A stretch of 50,081 bases of DNA from a virus (taxonomy: Duplodnaviria; Caudoviricetes): IMG/VR virus record IMGVR_UViG_3300017971_000082, positions 1-50,081 of that record; one strand, written 5' to 3'. Shown here piece after piece: positions 35,853 through 44,710 of this stretch (positions within the stretch are counted from its first letter, which is position 1; every line of letters starts with the position of its first letter). A model generated the notes under the pieces. The model saw only the letters and a program-made list of their open reading frames with translations. It did no database searches and had not been told where the DNA came from. The translations under genes and the position numbers were made by a program.

Positions 35853-37883
35853 ATGAAGGGCATCACGGAACGCAGCTTCAGCCGCTCCTCTCTGATCCGC
35901 TCGGGGATCTACGCCCAGGGGCTGCTGGCCGGTGACGTGGCTCGCGGCTTCCTTCTCAGCGATGCGGGCAGCGCGGTCCCGGCCGCCGTCCTGGACGACG
36001 GGGACAAATACTTCGAGCAGCGTCCCACCCCGTGGTTCTACGAGTGGATGAAATGGGGCGAGTCTGGGGATGCCCGCATCGCCGAGCTGACGGGCTCCAC
36101 GCTGAAGAAGGCCGGCCAGATCGACGGGCGCGTTCTGTGGGCTGGCGACGTGGTGGCGCAGCTGCACGACAACAGCGGCAACGCCGGCTACGCTCGCGCG
36201 ACGGTCGAGAACACGGCAGCCGCTGGCGACCGGCTCCAGATCGCAGACGGCACCCACACTCGCCTCTACGAGGGCGAGGATACCCTCGGCATCTTCGACT
36301 TCCTGGCGACCCAAGCCTACGGGGACCAGATCAGGGTCGCCGATGGTGTGCTCACCTACACCCTGACGCTCACCCACAACACGGACATCGCCCTCGGGCG
36401 CGTTGAGATGGGCTCGACGGCTGCGCAGACGGCAGCGAACGTCTACTACGCCTTGAACGAGGCGATCCGGGCTGGCCTCCTCTCCTCGGACATCGTGGTC
36501 TACCAGGACTCGGCGGCGAACATCACGCTCAGCCGCTACAGCGTGGCCGGTGTGCTCACGCTCACGGCGCCGACGAATGCCGGGCCGACGATCAACGCCG
36601 CTACGCTACAGAGCCTCGCAGCCACCGCAGGCAACGTGCGCTTCGCGATCCGCACAGCGACGGTCGGCACGACCGAGGATCTGATTCGGGCGATCATCTA
36701 CGACCAGGGCCTCGGCAACCTGGACTCCGACATCACGATCTACCAGGAGAACGACAACCTGGGCGCCGGGACGACCGTGCTTCGGCTCCGTCGCGAGACG
36801 GGGGTGATCACGCTCACCACCCCGGTGAACGCTGGCCCGACGTTCTCGGGTGTCGTCTCGGTGACGGCAGCCAGGCCGGCGAGGGTGAAGCTGCGCATCG
36901 AGGGCTTCGACACCTGCGGGACCCCGCACGAAGAGGAGGTACTCCTGGAGTGCGACGGTGACGGCACGGCGGGGGCCGATGTCTTCTACCGCAGCCAGTA
37001 CGCCTATCAGTGGTGCCACGCCCAGATCCTGGAGAAGGAGAACATCGCGACCGCCGATTACCTGAACATCGGGAACGAGTTTCGGCATCACTCGCTGCGC
37101 TGCACGCTGCTGGACGCTGGGACGGCTCTCGACACCTACGTGATCAACGACGGGGTGAATCCGGCGGTCACGTTCACGTTCAAGGCGGTAGCCCCTGGTG
37201 CGCTCGATGTCCTGATCGGGGCGAGCGCTGGGGCGACGGCGACGAACCTCAAGGCCAAGGTGGACGCGCAGATCGGCGTCTCGCTGGCCGCCACGATGCT
37301 CACCACGCTGGACGACGGCGGCGGGAACGCCGGCAACAACTCGCTCCTGATCTGGGACACCCAGGCCACGAACCGACCCGGCTACAAGCACACCGAGACC
37401 GGGACCACCTGCTGGCTGGAAGATGGCCCTGGCAAGACGGGCTTCTCCCTGCTCTCGGGCAACCGGCAGCCGATGAGCGAGGCGAACATCAAGATCGGCC
37501 TCTTCTGGCGCGTGCGCGACATCCGGGACATCACCTGCGTGAAGTTCGATCGCCAGCACGTCGGCGACGGCGCAGCGATCATCGAGGCCAACAACAACGT
37601 GCGGGGCTTCTACCCGCTGAACCTCGTGCGCGGCAACGGAACGGTAGCCCCGTACATCGATCGGCGGGACAACTCGCTGGTCGTGAACAACTACACCGAA
37701 CTCACCCGCTCTGCGGTTTACAACCCGAGCGGTGCTGTCCATGAGCTGAAGACGTATCCCGAGGGCGGGATGCACTTCCTGATGTTCCAGTTCGATCCGC
37801 TAGAGCCGCAAGACCTTCCCCAGGGTCAAGTGAATGCGAACATCGCGGATCCGAGACCCTCCAACGAGATCCTGAGCACATGA
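35853..37883 (+). CDS. Virion protein, paralog 3, with nested modules
   Basis: RIEGFDTCGTPHEEEVLL...YLNIG. Confidence 0.6.
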   Translation: MKGITERSFSRSSLIRSGIYAQGLLAGDVARGFLLSDAGSAVPAAVLDDGDKYFEQRPTPWFYEWMKWGESGDARIAELTGSTLKKAGQIDGRVLWAGDVVAQLHDNSGNAGYARATVENTAAAGDRLQIADGTHTRLYEGEDTLGIFDFLATQAYGDQIRVADGVLTYTLTLTHNTDIALGRVEMGSTAAQTAANVYYALNEAIRAGLLSSDIVVYQDSAANITLSRYSVAGVLTLTAPTNAGPTINAATLQSLAATAGNVRFAIRTATVGTTEDLIRAIIYDQGLGNLDSDITIYQENDNLGAGTTVLRLRRETGVITLTTPVNAGPTFSGVVSVTAARPARVKLRIEGFDTCGTPHEEEVLLECDGDGTAGADVFYRSQYAYQWCHAQILEKENIATADYLNIGNEFRHHSLRCTLLDAGTALDTYVINDGVNPAVTFTFKAVAPGALDVLIGASAGATATNLKAKVDAQIGVSLAATMLTTLDDGGGNAGNNSLLIWDTQATNRPGYKHTETGTTCWLEDGPGKTGFSLLSGNRQPMSEANIKIGLFWRVRDIRDITCVKFDRQHVGDGAAIIEANNNVRGFYPLNLVRGNGTVAPYIDRRDNSLVVNNYTELTRSAVYNPSGAVHELKTYPEGGMHFLMFQFDPLEPQDLPQGQVNANIADPRPSNEILST

Positions 37884-38386
37884 ACCTAGACTCTTTCAAC
37901 CGAAAGCTGAAGAGTATCGACAAGACGCTGTTCGCCAAGCGGGATGCCCCTCCACGCAACGAGCGCGAGCAGCTCGACCGCATCTCATACCAAGCTCGTG
38001 AGACCCGGTTCCTGATCTGCCAGAAGTCTCCCAAGACGGGCGAAGAGAGCGTCGTCAAGGTCATCGAGACCGAGGATGGAGGCTTCCGCGCTCCCAGCGA
38101 CCGTGACCTTCAGTGGGTCCGAGAGATGAACCATCTCATGCAGAAGGTGTGGGCGAACCCCGACAACCGCCTTGTTCTTGAAACGTGGTGCATGGAGAAC
38201 CTCGATAAGCAGCACATCCAGAATCAGGAGAAGCTGCTGGAGGTTCAGAGGGAACTCTTCATCGGTCCGATGTACGAGGAGATCCGCTCGATCTACCAGC
38301 ACCAGTATCGCTCCCTCTTCGCCGGCAAGACGTATCACATGCTGCACCGCAAGGGGAGACACAACGTCCAAGACTGGAGGCGGTAG
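37880..38386 (+). CDS. Hypothetical phage protein
   Basis: ATGA coupling; DGGFRAPSDRDL. Confidence 0.7.
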   Translation: MNLDSFNRKLKSIDKTLFAKRDAPPRNEREQLDRISYQARETRFLICQKSPKTGEESVVKVIETEDGGFRAPSDRDLQWVREMNHLMQKVWANPDNRLVLETWCMENLDKQHIQNQEKLLEVQRELFIGPMYEEIRSIYQHQYRSLFAGKTYHMLHRKGRHNVQDWRR

Positions 38387-38754
38387 TGGAAGACCAGATC
38401 GTGATGATCGTTCGGGAGCTGGGCTCGCTCGGCATCATCGGGATGTCCGCTTGGTATCTGTTCAGGTTCTACCTTCCGAGGAGAGACCAAGAGCACCAGG
38501 AGGCTCTTGAGCGAACGCAGATCAGCTTCGAGAAGCTGCTGCTCGCTCAAGGGGAGACGTTTCGATCGGGAATGCAGAGCCTGTCTGCTCGCGTCAAGAA
38601 GTCCAGCGAGAACATCGGACGAGTCATCGAGGCCCAAGAACGGCTTACCAATCAACTCCGAGACCACGAGCAGCGAGAAGAGGTGCAGCTCGAACAGCAC
38701 ACTGGATATCTCACGAAGATTGAGTCCCACCTAGAGAAGATGGCGGCGAAATGA
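38386..38754 (+). CDS. Holin-like membrane protein
   Basis: One N-terminal transmembrane segment followed by a coiled coil; GGAGG RBS, GTG start. Confidence 0.5.
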   Translation: MEDQIVMIVRELGSLGIIGMSAWYLFRFYLPRRDQEHQEALERTQISFEKLLLAQGETFRSGMQSLSARVKKSSENIGRVIEAQERLTNQLRDHEQREEVQLEQHTGYLTKIESHLEKMAAK

Positions 38755-39689
38755 ACCTCGGGGAGCTTCTAGATCGGCTGCGATTCCTGATGGAGACGAA
38801 TCGCGTCCAGAGGCGCTGGACCGACTCGGAGCTTGTGATCTACCTGAACGATGCCCAGGAGTACATGCGGGCTCTCAAGATCGAGGCGGATCCCGATTAC
38901 TACCTCGATATGGAGATGACCAGCGATATCGGGCTCACCCTCACGGCAGAGGGGACCGGGATGTACTCGCTCGTGCTGCCCGAGTACATGGAGTACGTGC
39001 GCCGGATCGAAGCCTTCGGGACATCGGGGACGGGTTTCGGCACGCCGGTTGAGCAGGCGAAGCTGAGGGATCACCAGCGATCTAGCACCTGGAGCTACTT
39101 CGAGGGCGTCTACGGGATCCAGACCTGGATGTACGGCGGCCCGCGCAAGCTGTTCTTCGCGACGGCAGACGCCGCAGACAACATGCGGATCTGGTTCGTG
39201 CGCCGGGCGCCGAAGATGGTGCGGTTCACGGCGCAGCAGCCGGTCGCATCCCCCACGCTCATCCATGCTCTCGCGACGGCGGGTTCGCTGGTCGGCAAGC
39301 TCGACAAGACGGATGATTACTACGTCGGCGCGACGATGGAGATCAGCACAAAGACGGCCGGGCCTGGCGATCCGGAGGGCGAGACCCGCAGGGTCACAGC
39401 CTACGCGCGGGACACGTACCCGTCGATGCAGTTCACGACGGAAGCCTTCAGCGCAAACGTGAGCACGGGCGACATCTGCGACATCCTCCCGTCCGTCGAG
39501 GAGATGCACCAGGAGCTGCTCGTGTACCTGGCTGCACAGAGAGCCCTTGCGAAAGCGGGGAACAGAGATCAGATCGATGCCCTTCAGGTGACGAAGGGCG
39601 AGCTTCTTTCACAGTACCTGACCACGGCAAACGATCGATTCGATTCGACCCCGGACCACGTGTCCTGGCCTGGAGATGACATGCGATGA
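38751..39689 (+). CDS. Head-tail adaptor / tail tubular protein A-like
   Basis: MNLGELLDRLR...WTDSELVIYLNDAQ N-terminus and HQELLVYLAAQRAL C-terminus. Confidence 0.7.
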   Translation: MNLGELLDRLRFLMETNRVQRRWTDSELVIYLNDAQEYMRALKIEADPDYYLDMEMTSDIGLTLTAEGTGMYSLVLPEYMEYVRRIEAFGTSGTGFGTPVEQAKLRDHQRSSTWSYFEGVYGIQTWMYGGPRKLFFATADAADNMRIWFVRRAPKMVRFTAQQPVASPTLIHALATAGSLVGKLDKTDDYYVGATMEISTKTAGPGDPEGETRRVTAYARDTYPSMQFTTEAFSANVSTGDICDILPSVEEMHQELLVYLAAQRALAKAGNRDQIDALQVTKGELLSQYLTTANDRFDSTPDHVSWPGDDMR

Positions 39690-40732
39690 GTACAGCAGTA
39701 ACCCTTCGAGAGCTTGTAATCGACCAGGCCAGCGGGTCCTACACGGGACTCGCAGGCGAACTGTGGCTGTTGCCCGAGACGGGGGACTCGCGGGACAAGG
39801 CGATCCTCAAGGGGCTGGAACTCGTCGAGCCGGTTGCTGGACTCGGGCCTGTCATCCTCCGACTGTTCGACGTGAACGCTCTGGCGAGGGAGGCAGCAAC
39901 GATCACGTTCTCTGCCCAGCCGGCGGACACGAACCTTCTCACCTACACGGATCCATACCACACGGCTGTCATCTTCGAGTATGACAGCACGGGAGCCTTC
40001 ACTGCTGGGCGCCAGCCGGTCTTGATCGGATCGACGTTCTACGAGACGGCCAGGAACACCTATCTGGCCATCCTTCGGAACATCGAAGATGGGGTGATGC
40101 CTGGTATCGCTGCGATCGTTCCGGAGAGCATCACGCTCGGGGCTGCTGGAGTGGACACCCATACCCTGACGGTGACGGATGGGACCACGACCTACATCTT
40201 CGAGCTGGACAACAACGGAGCCTGGACGGCTGGGAACATCCCGGTGCCGATCGGAGGGACGGCAGCCGCGACGACCGCGAACCTCCTCGAACTTCTGAAG
40301 TCGTGCTTCCCGAACAACGAACTCGTCACCCATTCGATCGACCCTGCCGCGCCCGGGAAGATCTGGATCCACGGTGTCCAATGTACGGTTGGCGGTGCGA
40401 CGTTCACCGTGACCAGGCCGATTGTCACATTCCGGACGCTGCTTCCTGGATCCACTGCGCAGCATGGTGGGGGCACAGGTCTTTTCGTTGCGGGCGCGGC
40501 ATCGCCCGTTGTCGCGACCGCAGGCGGCGCCGCTCTCCCTGGCGCGGTCATCGCTGCCGAGTATGGTCTCTATCATCCTGGAGACATCCTCGAAGTGAAT
40601 CGTCAGTTCGACGGAGGGATCTTCGCCCAGGTCACGACCGGAGCGAACGCGCGAGTGAAGCTCCTCTTCGAGTACATGGGACAGGGCCGCCTCAGTGGCC
40701 GGACCTACGGCAAGTCCACAGCGCAGTATTGA
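39686..40732 (+). CDS. Virion protein with two copies of the shared module
   Basis: IFEYDSTGAFTAG..VLIG and IFELDNNGAWTAGNIPVPIG. Confidence 0.6.
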   Translation: MSTAVTLRELVIDQASGSYTGLAGELWLLPETGDSRDKAILKGLELVEPVAGLGPVILRLFDVNALAREAATITFSAQPADTNLLTYTDPYHTAVIFEYDSTGAFTAGRQPVLIGSTFYETARNTYLAILRNIEDGVMPGIAAIVPESITLGAAGVDTHTLTVTDGTTTYIFELDNNGAWTAGNIPVPIGGTAAATTANLLELLKSCFPNNELVTHSIDPAAPGKIWIHGVQCTVGGATFTVTRPIVTFRTLLPGSTAQHGGGTGLFVAGAASPVVATAGGAALPGAVIAAEYGLYHPGDILEVNRQFDGGIFAQVTTGANARVKLLFEYMGQGRLSGRTYGKSTAQY

Positions 40733-40733
40733 G

Positions 40734-43700
40734 ATGACGCATGAGCCCCCCTACCAGGACCACCCGATCCTTCCAGGTCGGGGAGGACTCGACACGGAGA
40801 CCGATGCGGCACTGATCGACGCAACGCGGTCTCCCGACCTGGAGAACATTCACTTCTCCAAGCAGGCCATCGAGGGGGCTTTCGGCAGCCGCAAGCTGCA
40901 CCGTTACCTGCCACGCCTGGCGGGCGTGCGCTCTCTCCCGAGACCCATCGTGCGGGTCGCCGCCCAGGCCAGGATCGATCAGGTCCCGCACAGCGTGATC
41001 CCGTATGTGGCCGAGCAGCAGCTGGCTGCGACGGATGACATGCAGATCGACGTGTCCTTCCGCCTGAACGGGAGCTACCCGTACACCCTCACCGGCCGGG
41101 ACCAGACCGAAGATTCTGTCTCGACGCCTCCTAAGAGCGGGAAGATCAATGCTCCGGCCGGTGGGGAATTTCAATTCCAGCCTCTCGCTCAGCGTGGTGG
41201 GACCGACATCGAGGAGCTGATCTGGGTTCTTGGGCTCGCGATCATCCGGCCCGAGGGTTACAAGACCGCCAGCGGCACGCCAGACACGGCGGTCGATGCT
41301 TCTCAGAAGGATGTGATCTTCCCGGTCTTCTACTGGTGGAGCGAGGCCGACCGGCGGATGAAGTTCGCGGCAGCGAACACCTACCTGGTCCCGGGCTTCG
41401 ATTACCACCTGAGCCTGCAGATCGGAAAGCAGACGACCGGAACCTCGGCCTGGTACCTGACCGGGCCTGGCGGCGAGACGGTGGCTCTCGGGGAAGTGCC
41501 GGTCGGAGATGGCGCCACGTTGCTCCCCCTGATGGACGACATCTCGCGCGACCGCAAGAACGCGATCTACCTGTGCCGTCCGATGATGCGCGACACGGGG
41601 GTGTGGCCGGACGCGCCGCTGTTCCGTGGGCACTACGGGGTGACGGCCCAGGCGTACACGTCGAATGCGCTGGCCGAGGATGACGTGCAGATCAACGATC
41701 TCGCGCTTCCGGGTGTCGGGGCTAACTCTTACGTCCACTACTACCTGCGCGTGAACGACCCGGGGAACGCGAACGATGGGGAGATCCGGCGCATCACGAC
41801 CTACAACGGGTCGAACTCGGTCAAGATCGGCGCAGACATGCCGAACCCTGCGGCGATGGTGGGGGCAACGGTGGATGTCATCCCGCCGATGGAGTGTTGC
41901 CCGCAGGATGTGGTCCTTTCGGAGCTTCGGCTGTGGAACACCCATCTCACCCAGGCTCAGATTCAGTCGCTCGCGGGGTGGAGGTTCGGTACTGACCTGA
42001 CTTCCGCTGAGCCCTTCAAGAATCTGGGGGGCTCTGTGCTGGGGGATGACGCGAAGTACCTGATCGGGTACTGGCCGCTCTCGGAGGACGGCGGGACGCT
42101 GCTGGAGGATCTGGGGCCGCGCAAGAACAACGGCTGGATGAGCGGCTCGGTGAAGCACCGCTCGGCGCGAGACGGCACGGTGAGCCTGGACGGGGATCGG
42201 GTCTCGATCCAGATGGACCTGGGCGAGGACATCGAGCGTCACCCCGCGCTGAGCTTCAATCTGGGCGAGGACGGCTACCGGCTGCACTACCGGCTCACGT
42301 ACCAACTGTGCCGGGACATCGTGAACCGGGCGGTCTGGGCGATCCAGGTGCTGAACGCTGGCACGGACACGGACACGGTGACGGTCCAGGACGGGGCGGG
42401 CGGCTCGGAGACCTTCGAGATCGACGACACGGGGGCGGTGACACCTGGCAACGTCGCGGTAGACATCCTGGGGCCGCCGGCCTCGCTGAACGCCGAGGAG
42501 ACCGCGAGCCGGCTGAAGACAGCGATCGACTCTGCGATCGGCGGCACGCTGGGATCTCATCTCTCGACGGAGGTTTCGGGCTCGGTGGTCTACGTCTACT
42601 CGAACGACGTGGACTTCCCCTTCCCGGCGATCGCCTTCAGCGAGACAGGCTCGACCTTCTCGGTGCGTGAGGCGCCCGAGCGGGGCTACTACGAGACGAT
42701 CCACGACTTCGACAACCCCAAGGGCACGACGCCCGAGCCGATCCTGAGCCTGCGCTGGACGAAGGTGAACGGGAACCGCTGGCTCTACTTCCTCTGGCAC
42801 AACGGGGTCGCGACCTACATCGTGCCCGTGGATCGGACCTTCGCCTTCCCGGTGATCGGTCAGCGTGTGAACGCGCTGTTCGGGATCCACAAGGGGACGG
42901 GCTCTGCGAACGATCACCGCTTCTACTACTTCGTGAGCAACGGGGCGGATGCGGTCCAGGGCTGGTCCGAGACCGTGAACCTGGCGACGGACGTGCTGCC
43001 TGGGACATTTGCTGTCCCGGACTCCGACAAGAGCCGCCTCAGCATCGGGGCTTCGATCGTCGGCGAGCCCACGATGGGGAGTGGCCAGAAGAACGCCTGC
43101 CTAATGCGGGTCTGGGAATTCTGGGTGGGCTTCCGTCCATTTATGAACCTGGTCGGGAGCCCGACACTGATCCGGTTCCCAGCAATCGACCCCTGGACGA
43201 CGCTGGACCGCGTTCTCGCTCCGGCCGACGTGATGCCCGTGATCGCCGCCGATGCGTCCACGGTGGCCCTGGAACAGGGCTCGACGGTCTTCTCACCGAC
43301 ATCGGGCCAGAACTTCAGCACGAGGCTCGACTCGTACCCCACGAAGTACCTGCTGCTCTTCCCGGGCGTGCCGACTCTGCACCTGGAAGAGGATCGCTCT
43401 CAGCGAACCGAGGTGCGCCTGGCTGCGGTCGATGCCATGACACTCGCGGTAGGGACTTTCGCATCCCCCTGGGACCGGGGGACTCTTGCCAGCGCGGAAG
43501 CCCGGGTGGCCGCTTACCTCTGGGGGACGGACTTCGAGGCGGCCACCCCCTTCTTCCGGATCCAGACCGCGCTCGGCCAGGACGTGATCGATCCCGAGAC
43601 GCCGGAGCCCGGGTACGGCTACGAGCCCGAGGAGATCAACCTGTCCTCGATCCCGCCGGACGGGGAGGATTGGGCGCTGACCGAGCTGTACCAGGACAAG

Positions 43701-44708
43701 GGAGCCCTGGCGTACACGTCCTCGGAGCCTGGGCGCTGGATGGTGGCGATCGTGCCGTCCTCGGTGGGCGTGCCTCAGGAGCTGTTCCAGCCGGCCTGGG
43801 CGGATGGCCTGGTGGTGGGCGTCGAGCGCGTGCGGGGCCTGGGCCAGCTGGAGCTTCCGAGCGGCCAGCGGGACATCGTGGCCGGGGTCGGCGGCGGTCT
43901 CTACCTGATTGACGATCGCTGGGTGCGCGACCACCCTGTACCGAGCGCGACCGATCGGTACTCGGTGAGGCTTCGGAACAGGTCTCCGCACGAGGCTGAG
44001 CTGCTCGAAGAGCTGCTCGAAGAGCGGCTACGTGAGAGCTGGCGCAACCGGCCCCATTACGGAGAGGGGATCCAGCTGCCCGACAGCGGATCCATCCGGG
44101 TGGCGCTACCGCGCACGGGCGCCGGCACCGAATTTTACCTCTTTAAGATCCGGGTCAAGCTGAACGACGTGGCTGGCAAGCGGACGCTCGGCTCGCGAGT
44201 CGGGATGAAGCTCCGCACGCCCGGGCGAGACCTGGTGGAACTTCAGAACTGGTGGTGGTACCTCGAAGACGGCTGCCCGGTGTTTCGCATCGACAACTTC
44301 GATGACTTCTACCAGGTGAAGCTGGGCTCCTCGGAGCTGGACCTGGTGAGGGACAACCTGGTGCTCGGGAAGTGGGTCGAGATCTGGTGCGAGATCGAGA
44401 TCGATTGGGGCGCGGTGGCCTTCGGCACGCCGGCCTTCTACTTCGAGGGGCGCCGCTTCGAGAACACGCTCATCACGGGGACGCTCACGCCGGACGAGAT
44501 CCCGACCCACGATCAGCCGACCGGGGACTGGCTTCTGAGATCCTCTTCATCCTGGCTCGGGGTCTACGGGAACGATGATCCCTACGTGACGGGAAGCTGG
44601 GCGAACCCGAACATGGTCTCGTTCCGATACGGCATCGGGGGCCAGCTCTCGAAGTTCCGCATGGAGTCCAACACAAACTCAGAGCCGCCGGTTCCACCTC
44701 ACATCTGA
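40734..44708 (+). CDS. Tail nozzle/stabilisation protein, N-terminal part, with LamG-like inserts
   Basis: GGLDT...SPDLENIHF N-terminus; LamG-like SELRLWNTHLTQAQI...LIGYWPLSEDGG. Confidence 0.6.
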   Translation: MTHEPPYQDHPILPGRGGLDTETDAALIDATRSPDLENIHFSKQAIEGAFGSRKLHRYLPRLAGVRSLPRPIVRVAAQARIDQVPHSVIPYVAEQQLAATDDMQIDVSFRLNGSYPYTLTGRDQTEDSVSTPPKSGKINAPAGGEFQFQPLAQRGGTDIEELIWVLGLAIIRPEGYKTASGTPDTAVDASQKDVIFPVFYWWSEADRRMKFAAANTYLVPGFDYHLSLQIGKQTTGTSAWYLTGPGGETVALGEVPVGDGATLLPLMDDISRDRKNAIYLCRPMMRDTGVWPDAPLFRGHYGVTAQAYTSNALAEDDVQINDLALPGVGANSYVHYYLRVNDPGNANDGEIRRITTYNGSNSVKIGADMPNPAAMVGATVDVIPPMECCPQDVVLSELRLWNTHLTQAQIQSLAGWRFGTDLTSAEPFKNLGGSVLGDDAKYLIGYWPLSEDGGTLLEDLGPRKNNGWMSGSVKHRSARDGTVSLDGDRVSIQMDLGEDIERHPALSFNLGEDGYRLHYRLTYQLCRDIVNRAVWAIQVLNAGTDTDTVTVQDGAGGSETFEIDDTGAVTPGNVAVDILGPPASLNAEETASRLKTAIDSAIGGTLGSHLSTEVSGSVVYVYSNDVDFPFPAIAFSETGSTFSVREAPERGYYETIHDFDNPKGTTPEPILSLRWTKVNGNRWLYFLWHNGVATYIVPVDRTFAFPVIGQRVNALFGIHKGTGSANDHRFYYFVSNGADAVQGWSETVNLATDVLPGTFAVPDSDKSRLSIGASIVGEPTMGSGQKNACLMRVWEFWVGFRPFMNLVGSPTLIRFPAIDPWTTLDRVLAPADVMPVIAADASTVALEQGSTVFSPTSGQNFSTRLDSYPTKYLLLFPGVPTLHLEEDRSQRTEVRLAAVDAMTLAVGTFASPWDRGTLASAEARVAAYLWGTDFEAATPFFRIQTALGQDVIDPETPEPGYGYEPEEINLSSIPPDGEDWALTELYQDKGALAYTSSEPGRWMVAIVPSSVGVPQELFQPAWADGLVVGVERVRGLGQLELPSGQRDIVAGVGGGLYLIDDRWVRDHPVPSATDRYSVRLRNRSPHEAELLEELLEERLRESWRNRPHYGEGIQLPDSGSIRVALPRTGAGTEFYLFKIRVKLNDVAGKRTLGSRVGMKLRTPGRDLVELQNWWWYLEDGCPVFRIDNFDDFYQVKLGSSELDLVRDNLVLGKWVEIWCEIEIDWGAVAFGTPAFYFEGRRFENTLITGTLTPDEIPTHDQPTGDWLLRSSSSWLGVYGNDDPYVTGSWANPNMVSFRYGIGGQLSKFRMESNTNSEPPVPPHI

Positions 44709-44710
44709 TC

